A stretch of DNA of 64,000 bases from Escherichia phage JLBYU43. Positions 47,949-57,753 of the stretch are shown one piece after another. A program made the translations under genes and the position numbers. Below the pieces are notes generated by a model, which saw nothing but the letters and a program-made list of their open reading frames with translations, did no database searches and was not told where the DNA came from. The DNA lies in the sequence record NC_105512.1; one strand, written 5' to 3'. The stretch's first letter is position 1, and every line of letters begins with the position of its first letter.

Positions 47949-50277
47949 AAATAGTACAACCACCGGATGCACAACCGGCTGCTTCTTCTCCAGCACCTCC
48001 ACCATTTGCGGTATTGAAGTTTGCATAGTAGAAAGTTTTCCACCCATACTTAACAGCAGTCATGAAATCACGAACTACTACTGGGCCAGGAATGATTTCA
48101 TTCTCAAACTTGGTGTAGTCATAGTACATATTCGTACTGATAGACTGACTGAAGAATTTCTGCATAGTTGCTACCCATTTGATCCACTCGATACGATCTA
48201 CATCATAAGCCAGTTTATAGCTCATTAACGTTTCCCAATCAGTTGCACCTGGAGCAATTGCAATTACTTTATTAACTGCACTACCCTTGATAGATACAAT
48301 CTTACGAGGTGGTTCGATAGAGTTAGTAACACCTAACAGAACAGAAGAACTTTCTCCCGGCATCTGAGCAGTCAGAACAGAGTTACGCATACCATATTTC
48401 AGAATATCTGCACGCAGAGACTCCCAATCCATTTCTAGACCTACAGATACCAGTTCATCAACAGTTTTCTTGTACGTGTCGATTACCAGAATTCCTTTAG
48501 ACGGTTTAGTACGATCAAACCACTCACATGCACCCTGTTCTTTAGCTAGGCGTACAGAGGCTTTATGCAGGAAGTAAGACAGTTTTTCAGCCTCACGGTG
48601 GATCCAGTTACGGGCTTCAATACCTTCATAAGCCAGACCTTCTGCTGCCATTGCACCTGCTGCGTTCATTAGGCCAATACCAACATTACGACGTTTCTTA
48701 GCCGTATATTCCATAGTTGGGAACGGATAATCCTGAATTTCAATAATTGTATCAACGAATTTCAGGAGGATGTAGCAAGTTTTTTCCCACTCAGCCAGAG
48801 ATTCCATGCGTCCAAGTACAACACCACCTAAGTTACACAGAGATACTTCACCAATATCCTCCGGCTTCATTTGATCAAGCTGCTCTTTTGTCTTATACAG
48901 TTCTGTGATATGATGGAACGGGCGTGTAGGCTGAGTAATTTCAACACAAAGGTTTGTCATACGGATCGGATCAAGGAAGTTACCATGACGATTAGATTCC
49001 CCGATGTGATGAGCATACATACGTCCTGTTTCCATTCGGATACGTAGCCAAGTATCTAGGATTTCTTTTGCGGAAACTTTAGGAGCTGCTGGAACTGTTT
49101 TTCCTTCATGATCGATCTTTGTAAGAGATGCCACACGTTTCTCCGCTGCCACGTAGATTTCTTCAAATTTAGCCTCGTCATCACTATAAAACGCTTCATG
49201 AACTTCTGGAGCATAGAAGTATGACATTAGCGTAATATCTTCGTTTTTAAGATAACGTTTTAACAAAAGATTGTTAAAGCTCAGAGAATAATCCATCTTA
49301 TCGATTTTATTCTCATCTGTAGCACGTTGTTGCTTAACCTGCATCAATTGAATGATTTCAGGGTCGAAGTATGGATAAGACACTGTGGCAGAACCACCAC
49401 GAGTTTGCTGAGTATTGGCCTTTACTGAGCGGTCAATGTGTCGATAATATGGCAGTTTTCCGGAATGCGGGAATGCCCCATTTCGCACCGGATCAGCAAT
49501 TGATCGGCTTTCAAGATGATACCCGATTCCCGCTCTGGCTGCGACCATTTTGAAGACGATGTGCTCGGCGGTGTCGATTGAATCCAACGTGTCAGTGGAA
49601 TCCACGAGGCAGCAACTAGCAAATCCACGGTCACTAGAGCGCAGACCAACCAGTGGCGGCGTAGGAACGTTGATTTTGTGGAGTGACATTGCGTTGTAGA
49701 GGTCGATTGCATCTAGAATTGTCCAGTTAGGTTGAGATAGCATCGCCATTGCCATACCCATGTAGGCAAACTGCGGAGTTTCGTAAATTTCACCAGTGGC
49801 TATGTTGCGACGGGAATACTTATCAAAGAACTGCTTCAGTCCACCACTAGTAAAAAGACGATCACGATCATGGTCGATAACCTGATTCAGAGCTTCAAAT
49901 TGCTCATCGGTAATCCATGCACTCATGTCTTCCCATGCACCTACGCTAACCATATGGTCATGGAAGAAGCGTAGAGAAGGTGGTTCGAAAGAGTCATAGA
50001 GGCGCTTACGCATTTGCGCAAGACGTAATTCCTTTGCTGGCACATCGTATGCTGGGTTATCTTTAATAAGACTTTCAGCAGCTTTAATTAATGCATCCAT
50101 CAGAGTGTCGGAATCTACAACCCCTTTAGGCAGAGTTTTTTGAGCAGCCATAGTAATGGCTGACCAACTTACATCAACTGTTTTGCAACCATACTCTGCC
50201 CAACCATTGATTTTTTCAGGAGCAAAGTCTTCTACAGTACCGTCACGTTTAATTACTTTTTCAATGCGATGGCTCAT
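47947..50277 (-). CDS. nrdA: ribonucleotide reductase class Ia alpha subunit
   Basis: ATP-cone N-terminus; start set to ATG 50277 (AGGAAAG RBS), trimming a 35-aa upstream extension in the track. Confidence 0.85.
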   Translation of the reverse strand: MSHRIEKVIKRDGTVEDFAPEKINGWAEYGCKTVDVSWSAITMAAQKTLPKGVVDSDTLMDALIKAAESLIKDNPAYDVPAKELRLAQMRKRLYDSFEPPSLRFFHDHMVSVGAWEDMSAWITDEQFEALNQVIDHDRDRLFTSGGLKQFFDKYSRRNIATGEIYETPQFAYMGMAMAMLSQPNWTILDAIDLYNAMSLHKINVPTPPLVGLRSSDRGFASCCLVDSTDTLDSIDTAEHIVFKMVAARAGIGYHLESRSIADPVRNGAFPHSGKLPYYRHIDRSVKANTQQTRGGSATVSYPYFDPEIIQLMQVKQQRATDENKIDKMDYSLSFNNLLLKRYLKNEDITLMSYFYAPEVHEAFYSDDEAKFEEIYVAAEKRVASLTKIDHEGKTVPAAPKVSAKEILDTWLRIRMETGRMYAHHIGESNRHGNFLDPIRMTNLCVEITQPTRPFHHITELYKTKEQLDQMKPEDIGEVSLCNLGGVVLGRMESLAEWEKTCYILLKFVDTIIEIQDYPFPTMEYTAKKRRNVGIGLMNAAGAMAAEGLAYEGIEARNWIHREAEKLSYFLHKASVRLAKEQGACEWFDRTKPSKGILVIDTYKKTVDELVSVGLEMDWESLRADILKYGMRNSVLTAQMPGESSSVLLGVTNSIEPPRKIVSIKGSAVNKVIAIAPGATDWETLMSYKLAYDVDRIEWIKWVATMQKFFSQSISTNMYYDYTKFENEIIPGPVVVRDFMTAVKYGWKTFYYANFNTANGGGAGEEAAGCASGGCTI

Positions 50278-50419
50278 TTGGCTTTCCTTTTTATAGTTAT
50301 CAGGATTTAAGGAATATTCTACTTTATTATCGGTCATTAGGCAAATAAAATTTTCTGATAGAAAAGGCCCGAGTATTTTCATACCCAGGCCCTGTGTATT
50401 ACCAGTCTAGCTTTTTAGC

Positions 50420-50641
50420 TTATTCAATTACTTTAGCTCTAGCTACTTCTTTTAATAGAATATCTATGGAGGTGCTCAGCTCGTTATAATTGAATGGTTT
50501 ATTTGGATTTGAGGTTACAATTTTCCACGCTAGGGTTGTCTTAGGACTTTCTTCCCCTTCCTTACGTGTAATAATATTAGCAGCACTCAGTGAAGTACGA
50601 TGTATTTTAGTTTTACGGCTCAGATGAACGACGTTTCCCAT
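50420..50641 (-). CDS. hypothetical protein
   Basis: start set to the internal ATG with a GGGGAAGGTG RBS just after the phoH stop. Confidence 0.4.
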   Translation of the reverse strand: MGNVVHLSRKTKIHRTSLSAANIITRKEGEESPKTTLAWKIVTSNPNKPFNYNELSTSIDILLKEVARAKVIE

Positions 50642-50642
50642 A

Positions 50643-51404
50643 TTACACCTTCCCCATGTCTTTAAAAATACCATAGAATGCTTTAGACTCAACAGAACGA
50701 ACGTTATCAATCAATTCGATCATTGAGAATGGGGCATTTTCATATTTCTCATAGACTTCCATAAGGAGTGCTAGACCTGAGTCACCTTTAATGTCTTTCT
50801 GAGCTATATCTCCGCAGATAATTAAACGGCAGTCTTGTCCTACACGAGTTAGGAGACAAATCATTGCCTCAACGGAAATATTCTGAGCTTCATCGACAAT
50901 TACATAGGAGTTGTTGAAAGTTCTGCCACGAGCATGTTCGATAGCCAAAAATTTAATTTTCTGACGTTCGACATATCCCTTATATGCATGATCTCCGATG
51001 GCCCATTTCATACCATCAGCTATTGGCTCCAACCAAGGCTCTAGCTTTTCCGCTAGATCACCAGGAAGCATACCAAGAGACTTACCTAGAGGTTCATTAG
51101 GACGTACGAGGATCACTTGCTCAATATCTGAGTGAATGTCTACGAGTTCCTGAGCTGCAAGAACGGACGGAATAAAGGTTTTACCAGTACCTGGCTCACC
51201 GATACCCACAGTCACTGTGTTGTTCTTGATCATATTGATATATGATTTTTGCTCGCGGTTTTTACCTACTAGGGATTTAGCAACTGGGTTAGCGTAATCA
51301 TTAGAAAAATCAGCCTGAATTACGTTATTCTCATATTTGTTGCCACGCTTTCTTGAACCATTGCGGTTCTCTCTTTTTTGACGTGCTTTTCCCATAAATA
51401 ACAC
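50643..51404 (-). CDS. phoH: PhoH-like ATPase
   Basis: Walker A GEPGTGKT, PhoH-like architecture. Confidence 0.8.
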   Translation of the reverse strand: MLFMGKARQKRENRNGSRKRGNKYENNVIQADFSNDYANPVAKSLVGKNREQKSYINMIKNNTVTVGIGEPGTGKTFIPSVLAAQELVDIHSDIEQVILVRPNEPLGKSLGMLPGDLAEKLEPWLEPIADGMKWAIGDHAYKGYVERQKIKFLAIEHARGRTFNNSYVIVDEAQNISVEAMICLLTRVGQDCRLIICGDIAQKDIKGDSGLALLMEVYEKYENAPFSMIELIDNVRSVESKAFYGIFKDMGKV

Positions 51405-51694
51405 TCCTATAGTGTACTTCGCTTCTAACAGAGGATCAACAAAAAGATCTTGTTTATCAACTTACAAATATATTATACCAATATATGTGGGAGAAAGCAA
51501 CTACAATTTTAAATAAGCATATGATATTGCATTTAAATAAAAAATTTGCTTGCTTATAGAGGCAGAAATATGATACTAGATAATCATTTATTTATACGCA
51601 AAATATTACAGTATTAGATGACGAAAGAAAATTTTAATTGACATAGTGGATAATGTTTAGTATAATAGGTGTAAAAATTCTGTGGAGAAGGGGA

Positions 51695-52558
51695 ATGCCG
51701 AAAAAATTAACTCAAGAAGAAGTAGATAAATGCCTAGCCGAACGTGGTTTTACTATGGTGGATAAGCCTTACCAAAATTCTAGGTATAGGCATACGTATC
51801 AGTGTGAATATGGTCATCAATGGACATCTAAATTTGATGCTATTAGGAATGGAAAGACCAATTGTCCTACTTGTTCTATTAATAGCCGTAAACTAGATAT
51901 CGATAAAATTAATACTGTATTACAGGGTAGGGGTATTACATTGTTGGAGGGCTATAAAAATAGTGCCGATATAAATACTAAATTTAGGTGTGTTTGTGGT
52001 CATGAGTGGGCTACTACACTTAATAGTATAATTAATAGAGGTAGTGGCTGCCCCTCTTGTGCTATTAATAAACAAAAACTTAGTATTAATACTATAAACG
52101 ATCGTCTTACTGCTAGGAATATTAGAATAGTAGGTGAATATAGTAATGCGAATATTAAGACCACCTTTCTCTGTGGTGCAGGGCATCAGTGGGAAGCTAC
52201 TCCAGGATCCGTGTTAGGAGGAAATGGTTGTCCTTACTGTAAGTATAGGGATTTAGAAAATACTAAGGTATATATTATGCATAGCCCTTCACATGGTGTT
52301 AAAATAGGAAGGTCTAACAATCCAGAGCGCAGACTTTTACATATTAAATCTAGTAGTCACCTTACTGATCTGGAAGTAATTAAAGTATTTGAAATTGGAG
52401 AATATAGTGATGCTGTTCAAATCGAAAAATTAGCTCATAATTACTTTAAAGAACAGAATTGCCAATACAAAGATTTTGATGGTGCTACGGAATTCTTCAA
52501 TATTGAGCCAGAAGTAGCTATAAAATTTATCGAGGAAATAATCAATGACAGAAAATGA
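51695..52558 (+). CDS. T5orf172-domain protein with three zinc-ribbon repeats
   Basis: three ~47-aa repeats CxxGHxW...GxGCPxC followed by a T5orf172/GIY-YIG-like C-terminus; start at ATG 51695 with a GGAGAAGGGG RBS. Confidence 0.55.
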   Translation: MPKKLTQEEVDKCLAERGFTMVDKPYQNSRYRHTYQCEYGHQWTSKFDAIRNGKTNCPTCSINSRKLDIDKINTVLQGRGITLLEGYKNSADINTKFRCVCGHEWATTLNSIINRGSGCPSCAINKQKLSINTINDRLTARNIRIVGEYSNANIKTTFLCGAGHQWEATPGSVLGGNGCPYCKYRDLENTKVYIMHSPSHGVKIGRSNNPERRLLHIKSSSHLTDLEVIKVFEIGEYSDAVQIEKLAHNYFKEQNCQYKDFDGATEFFNIEPEVAIKFIEEIINDRK

Positions 52559-54371
52559 ACTAATTGAAAATTGCAAAGGTTTACTTACTCTAACTGCTGA
52601 CAAAGACTTGCAGCATAATAATGCTAATAAACCTAGCGAGATGTTTCATACACAGAGGGACTTACTAGCTGGAGAAATCAACAAGTATTTAGTAGCACAA
52701 GAATTACCTAAACATTTATTAGACGCCCATAATCTAGGTAAAATACACATCCATGATATGGATTATAGAGCACAGGGGTACACTAACTGTTGTTTAGTAG
52801 ACCTAGGTGGTATGTTGAAAAATGGTACTAAAATTGGTAATGCGAATATTGAAACTCCTAAATCTATAACTACTGCATGTGCGATTACTGCTCAGATTAT
52901 TGCTCAGGTATCAGGCGCTCAGTATGGGGGTACTTCTATTGATCGTATTGATGAAGTTCTAGCTCCGTATGTTAGGAAGTCCTACAATAAACATCTGGGG
53001 CGTGGCCTACGTTGGCTTAAGGATGAGAGAAAAGCTGCTGTATATGCTACTGAACTTACTGAAAAAGAATGTTATGATGCATTCCAAGCTCTAGAGTATG
53101 AAACTAATTCATTATTTAACTCTAATGGGCAGACTCCTTTTATTACGCTGGGCTTTGGATTAGGGCAGGAGTGGGAGGAAAGGATGATTCAGAAAGCCAT
53201 CCTCCAAAATCGTATTAAAGGTTTAGGTGCTGCTGAGTCAACTCCTATCTTCCCTAAACTAGTATTCTCAGTTAAAGAAGGGTTAAATAAAAATCCAGGT
53301 GATCCTAACTATGATATAAAACAACTAGCACTTGAGTGTTCTGCTACTCGTATGTACCCAGACTATTTAAGTTACGAGAAAGTTGTAGCTGTTACTGGTG
53401 ATTTTAAAGCCCCTATGGGTTGTCGTAGTTTTTTATCTGCCATCCCCTCTGGAGAAATTGCAGGACGTAATAATTTAGGTGTTGTGTCTATCAATCTACC
53501 TATGGTTGCTGCTGAGGCAGATGGAGTTTTTGAAGATTTCTGGGATATTCTAGACAAATATGTGGATGAGGCTTTTGAAGCACATGACTTCTTCTTAAAC
53601 AGACTGAAGAAAGTTAAGGCTAAACAAGCCCCTATTCTTTATATGCACGGTGGTTTTGGTGTACGTTTAGAAGGAGAAGAATATGTATGGCCTATTTTTG
53701 AGGGTAGATCTTCTGTATCTCTTGGGTATATTGGGGTCTATGAGATGTGCCAAATAATGTTTAGTTTACCACAGACTCATAGGGACTGTATTGAATTTAC
53801 AGAGGAAGTTCTCACTCACCTAAAAAATCGTTGCGAAGTTAAAGCTACTGAAACTAATCTTGGGTTTAGCTTGTATGCTACTCCTAGTGAGTCTCTGTGT
53901 AATCGCTTTAATAAACTACTGGAGCGTAGATTCCCAGAGTATTCTTGGTTAGCAGATAAAGGTTATCTTACTAATAGCCATCATTTGGACGTGAGGGAGA
54001 AGGTAGCTCCAGATACTAAATTTGAGTATGAGGCTCATTTTACTAAAATAGCTAATGGTGGTAATATATCATTTGTGGAACTACCTCAAATGAAAAAGTT
54101 CCACAAAGCTCTTGAGTATGTGGTGGATAAGGGGCTAGAATGTAGTCATTATATTGGTGTTAATATACCAATTGATGAGTGCTTCAATTGTGGGTATATG
54201 GGTGAATCTATTGCTTCTGAGCGTGGGTTTGTATGTCCAAGTTGTGGGTCTGAAGAAATAGAGGTTACACGTAGGGTTTGCGGGTACCTGGGATCCCCTG
54301 GCAGTAGGCCTTTCAATTCTGGGAAACAAAAAGAAGTTCTTGGTAGAGTAAAACACTTAAATTTCAAGTAA
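52545..54371 (+). CDS. nrdD: anaerobic ribonucleoside-triphosphate reductase (class III)
   Basis: 608 aa; C-terminal zinc ribbon CxxC...CPxCG and glycyl-radical motif RRVCGYLGS. Confidence 0.85.
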   Translation: MTENELIENCKGLLTLTADKDLQHNNANKPSEMFHTQRDLLAGEINKYLVAQELPKHLLDAHNLGKIHIHDMDYRAQGYTNCCLVDLGGMLKNGTKIGNANIETPKSITTACAITAQIIAQVSGAQYGGTSIDRIDEVLAPYVRKSYNKHLGRGLRWLKDERKAAVYATELTEKECYDAFQALEYETNSLFNSNGQTPFITLGFGLGQEWEERMIQKAILQNRIKGLGAAESTPIFPKLVFSVKEGLNKNPGDPNYDIKQLALECSATRMYPDYLSYEKVVAVTGDFKAPMGCRSFLSAIPSGEIAGRNNLGVVSINLPMVAAEADGVFEDFWDILDKYVDEAFEAHDFFLNRLKKVKAKQAPILYMHGGFGVRLEGEEYVWPIFEGRSSVSLGYIGVYEMCQIMFSLPQTHRDCIEFTEEVLTHLKNRCEVKATETNLGFSLYATPSESLCNRFNKLLERRFPEYSWLADKGYLTNSHHLDVREKVAPDTKFEYEAHFTKIANGGNISFVELPQMKKFHKALEYVVDKGLECSHYIGVNIPIDECFNCGYMGESIASERGFVCPSCGSEEIEVTRRVCGYLGSPGSRPFNSGKQKEVLGRVKHLNFK

Positions 54372-54378
54372 GCTAATC

Positions 54379-54411
54379 AGCCAGGTTGCTAGTCGACCTG
54401 GCTTTTATTTT
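54379..54411 (+). terminator. rho-independent terminator after nrdD
   Basis: AGCCAGGT/ACCTGGCT stem followed by TTTATTTTATTT. Confidence 0.65.
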
Positions 54412-54412
54412 A

Positions 54413-54441
54413 TTTGCTTTCAGCTAAAAATTTATGTATAA
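54413..54441 (+). promoter_or_regulatory. sigma70 early promoter (TTGCTT-17-TATAAT)
   Basis: consensus -10, near-consensus -35, 17-bp spacer, conserved leader into RBS. Confidence 0.65.
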
Positions 54442-54469
54442 TAGATTTATAAATTTAAGAGGAGGGTAT

Positions 54470-54829
54470 ATGAAATTAAAACCATTTATTGTTGTATCTA
54501 AACTAGGGCATTATCACGTAGGAGTAGATACAATTCAGGAAGCTATTTTTGCTGCTACAGGTGATTACTCATTACTAGAAGGTATTGGGTATCCTACACT
54601 ACTAGGCGACTTCGTAGAGCAAGAACTAGATATTACTGTCTATAATCCTATATATGAAGAACCTGAATACTTAAAAGAGACTCTAGAATTTGTATATTGG
54701 AACCACTTACAAGTATTTAATGTTACCTCTAATGGCACAGAGGATTTCTCTTCTGTTATTAAATGCCATATTAAACAAGTTTACTACGATTATTTCTACG
54801 AGGATATTGGAGCGGAGCTAAAAGTATGA
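54470..54829 (+). CDS. hypothetical protein
   Basis: start at ATG 54470 with a GAGGAGGG RBS directly behind the promoter. Confidence 0.5.
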   Translation: MKLKPFIVVSKLGHYHVGVDTIQEAIFAATGDYSLLEGIGYPTLLGDFVEQELDITVYNPIYEEPEYLKETLEFVYWNHLQVFNVTSNGTEDFSSVIKCHIKQVYYDYFYEDIGAELKV

Positions 54830-55029
54830 AAAACGTAAAACATCTTAAATATCGCTTAATTTACAACGGACGTATGGAAACAGAAGATCTAGCACAGCTA
54901 GCGATCAATTCAGATGAAGTTACAGTTCGTGCTTTGTCCATTGAGAAGCTGCGTGCTTCTTACGAAAATCGTATTATGGAATTAGAGGAGAAACTTTATG
55001 GCATTCTCGAGTCAGAAGCTACCAAGTGA
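54826..55029 (+). CDS. hypothetical protein
   Basis: 67 aa, ATGA overlap with the upstream gene. Confidence 0.45.
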   Translation: MKNVKHLKYRLIYNGRMETEDLAQLAINSDEVTVRALSIEKLRASYENRIMELEEKLYGILESEATK

Positions 55030-55243
55030 AAATGTTAGTCTTATTGACCTGAGTAAACTCAATGTAGAGTTTCAGGGGGTTTTAATGAAGCACTGGGAAA
55101 CTGGCTATAAGGATGGTGTTGAATCCTGTGCTACTATGCTAGAATTTATTGCTAATACCTTAGTGGAGAAAGGCAATAAAGAATTAGCTGAGCTGTTAGA
55201 CAGTATTGGGCAAAACTTCAGAGAGCAGGTGAAAAATGCGTAG
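54998..55243 (+). CDS. hypothetical protein
   Basis: 81-aa ORF. Confidence 0.45.
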   Translation: MAFSSQKLPSENVSLIDLSKLNVEFQGVLMKHWETGYKDGVESCATMLEFIANTLVEKGNKELAELLDSIGQNFREQVKNA

Positions 55244-56012
55244 ACTAATCATTGTTAGTGGTGCTGGTTTAAGTGTTGATAGTGGTATCCGTGCATTCCG
55301 TACAGATACTGCTAGTGGTAAAGCAATGTGGGACGAGTACGATCTAGAAGAGGTGTGTGATATTCATGCTTTTCGTGGCCAGTTCTACTGGAAAACCCAC
55401 GAGTTCTACAACAAGCGTCGTCAGGAGTTGCGGACTGTTGAACCTAACATTGCGCACCTTCGTATTGGGGAATGGTTCCAGCGGTATCCAGAAGCGGTAC
55501 TAAACATTACTACTAACGTAGATGACTTGCTGGAAAGAGCTGGTGTGCCGAAAAGTGAGGTTCTCCACGTTCATGGCTATTTACCGGAAGTTCGTATTAA
55601 GGAATTGCCAGACCGAAAAGAGTACATCCTAGATGTGGGCTATACTGCTATTGATCCTGATGAATTTTATTGGGCAAAGCCTAACGTTGTATTCTTTGGT
55701 GAAGCAGCCCCCGAATATGCTCTGATGCATGCCACTTTTGATAGTCTTACAGCTAACGATATGGTTATCGTGGTTGGGTGTAGTAACCAAGTTATCAACT
55801 TCAACTGGGAACTTTTTCCTGCACTAGCTCGTGGTACTAAGATGATGGTTGTTAACCCAACTATTAACTACTTGGAACAATCCCTGTACGAAGAGCGTGG
55901 TGTTACTGTATGGCGTGCTGGGGCTGCCGAAGTTTTCGGTAACAAACACTTTATTGGCCAGGTAGAAGCTTTTATGGAAGGAACTATTTATGCCCCAGAA
56001 AAGCATGTGTGA
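55236..56012 (+). CDS. SIR2-family (sirtuin-like) NAD-binding protein
   Basis: sirtuin motifs GAGLSVDSGIRAFR, VVFFGE and VVGCS; no CxxC zinc-ribbon insert visible. Confidence 0.65.
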   Translation: MRRLIIVSGAGLSVDSGIRAFRTDTASGKAMWDEYDLEEVCDIHAFRGQFYWKTHEFYNKRRQELRTVEPNIAHLRIGEWFQRYPEAVLNITTNVDDLLERAGVPKSEVLHVHGYLPEVRIKELPDRKEYILDVGYTAIDPDEFYWAKPNVVFFGEAAPEYALMHATFDSLTANDMVIVVGCSNQVINFNWELFPALARGTKMMVVNPTINYLEQSLYEERGVTVWRAGAAEVFGNKHFIGQVEAFMEGTIYAPEKHV

Positions 56013-56182
56013 TCTTTTAGTATGGCCGGACGGTAGTTGGTGCTACCGTTTCGAATTTGCTACCGATGACTTCTCATGGAAAAGTGATGATTTCTGCGTT
56101 ATCTAAGAGGATACAGCAGAATGGAAAGAGTTCCTTATTAAGGAGGGAGAGTATGGTGAAGAAGATTTTTAAGGGTATCTGG

Positions 56183-56338
56183 AAGGGTCTATTATGGTTT
56201 GTCAACCTAATCGGTATGATTACCATTTATTCTCTGTTCCTATCTGTTATGTGGGGTAAAGGTGAACTGAAGGTTCCAGTTCCTTTTACTGATGAAGTTA
56301 AAGTCTGGACGTGGGATGCTACTGGTGGAAATAAGTAA
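56183..56338 (+). CDS. small membrane protein
   Basis: AAGGAGGGAG RBS, one TM helix; start moved inside the track ORF. Confidence 0.4.
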   Translation, partial: KGLLWFVNLIGMITIYSLFLSVMWGKGELKVPVPFTDEVKVWTWDATGGNK

Positions 56339-56528
56339 TACTCCTGTGATTTTCCTGGATATTGATGGGGTGCTCAATTCGAGCATCTCTCACCATCATG
56401 CTCGAGATAATGAAAAGCTGTTCTTTGGCAGTGATTGGGTTTATAAGCCATTACTCCAGGCTTTTCAGAACTTCCTCAAACCTTCTCCAATAATGATTGT
56501 TGGGGTATCTTCATGGTTTTCTGTATGA
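56316..56528 (+). CDS. HAD-like fragment (motif I DIDGVLN), N-terminal part
   Basis: ends at an in-frame TGA; continues in the same frame as 56535-56831. Confidence 0.35.
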   Translation: MLLVEISNTPVIFLDIDGVLNSSISHHHARDNEKLFFGSDWVYKPLLQAFQNFLKPSPIMIVGVSSWFSV

Positions 56529-56534
56529 AATGAA

Positions 56535-56831
56535 ATGGAGAACGTTCAGATTATGACCGGACTCGGTTTGATCGATCGTTTTCTTGGTACAACAGATTTT
56601 ACTGGAGGTGGTTTATCTAGGGGTAATTCTGTTTTACGTTTTGTCGAAAAATATAAGCTCAAACATTGGTGTGTGCTGGATGATGCCGGTGCTATGATGT
56701 ATCAGTATCCAACGGTTATAGTCAATGGTAGAACTGGGATAAATCTTCAAGATTTAAGAGCTGTTAGCTATATGTTAGAATTTAGTCCAGATCTTGAAAT
56801 GTGTAAAGCCCTACAGCAATTTAAGGTGTAA
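56535..56831 (+). CDS. hypothetical protein (possible C-terminal part of split HAD-like protein)
   Basis: 98 aa in the same frame as the upstream fragment; contains VLDDAG. Confidence 0.4.
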   Translation: MENVQIMTGLGLIDRFLGTTDFTGGGLSRGNSVLRFVEKYKLKHWCVLDDAGAMMYQYPTVIVNGRTGINLQDLRAVSYMLEFSPDLEMCKALQQFKV

Positions 56832-56833
56832 AT

Positions 56834-57262
56834 ATGTTTAATAATGTATTCTCTAAAGAAGCTAACCCAATTTTGGTTAACTTTTGGCGTACTCTCCCAG
56901 CTAGCCTGTATAATGAGGCTATTAACTCTTTGAAAATATGGTGTGAGAATAACGAAATCTCCTTTGCTTTTAAAGATGATATTGATGAGGCCCCTTGTAT
57001 TGGTTTAATTGTTCAGGTAGAGGAGGGTCTTGAAGAGATTGTCGGCTGGAAAGAGTTAGATGAAATGGGCTTAGTTTTTGCATTAAATTATAAGCTGTTT
57101 ATGCCTGCTAAGCATCGCCTCGTTGTTAACTATAAAACTAGTGAGTCTCCTGGTTTTCAGGTTAATGAACGTGAGGGCTGGTCATATTCGCCCGAGGAAG
57201 TAAATGAAGGGATTCAGAAACTTCGTCGTTTCGGGTATATGATCCCAGGTTTAACTGCTTAA
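56834..57262 (+). CDS. hypothetical protein
   Basis: 142-aa ORF. Confidence 0.5.
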   Translation: MFNNVFSKEANPILVNFWRTLPASLYNEAINSLKIWCENNEISFAFKDDIDEAPCIGLIVQVEEGLEEIVGWKELDEMGLVFALNYKLFMPAKHRLVVNYKTSESPGFQVNEREGWSYSPEEVNEGIQKLRRFGYMIPGLTA

Positions 57263-57271
57263 GGAGGCAGA

Positions 57272-57667
57272 ATGGAACAAGTATTTTGGCGTCAGATAGA
57301 TCCTAGTTTGGTAGAGCGTGCTGAGGGGCTCCTTGCACATTGGTTGGGGGTTGACAAGGTTAGTGTAACATTTCCGTTTACTTCTGTAACAGACCCTAGT
57401 GTAGGTGTATTTGTGGACGAAGATGAAGATGATGGTTGGGAAGCTGACTGGAATGAATTGTCCAGCATGGGCTTGATTGTTGCCATCAACTTCTCTATAT
57501 TCCATCCACGTGGCTTAGCCATTACACGTGACCCCGAAACTGGTGAATCCCCTTATCTTTTGCAAGTAGAAGATGATATTTGGGAGTACACCGAAGATAT
57601 TCTCGAAGAAGCTAAAGGTCAATTAAATCGCATTGGGATCTATGTTCCAGGCCTAAATGATGATTGA
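57272..57667 (+). CDS. hypothetical acidic protein
   Basis: 131 aa, AGGAGG RBS. Confidence 0.5.
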   Translation: MEQVFWRQIDPSLVERAEGLLAHWLGVDKVSVTFPFTSVTDPSVGVFVDEDEDDGWEADWNELSSMGLIVAINFSIFHPRGLAITRDPETGESPYLLQVEDDIWEYTEDILEEAKGQLNRIGIYVPGLNDD

Positions 57668-57690
57668 TTTTCATTAGCCCAATCCTGATT

Positions 57691-57718
57691 ACCGAGTCAT
57701 TTTGGCTCGGTTTTCTCT
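57691..57718 (+). terminator. rho-independent terminator
   Basis: ACCGAG/CTCGGT stem followed by a T-tract. Confidence 0.55.
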
Positions 57719-57753
57719 GTGCTCAAAGACACTGATAGCACCTTCGTAAAAAA

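Noticed and set aside
47947-50382. 811-aa version of nrdA starting at 50382
   Set aside because: The first 35 residues have no RBS and precede the conserved ATP-cone start; the ATG at 50277 with an AGGAAAG RBS is the more likely start.
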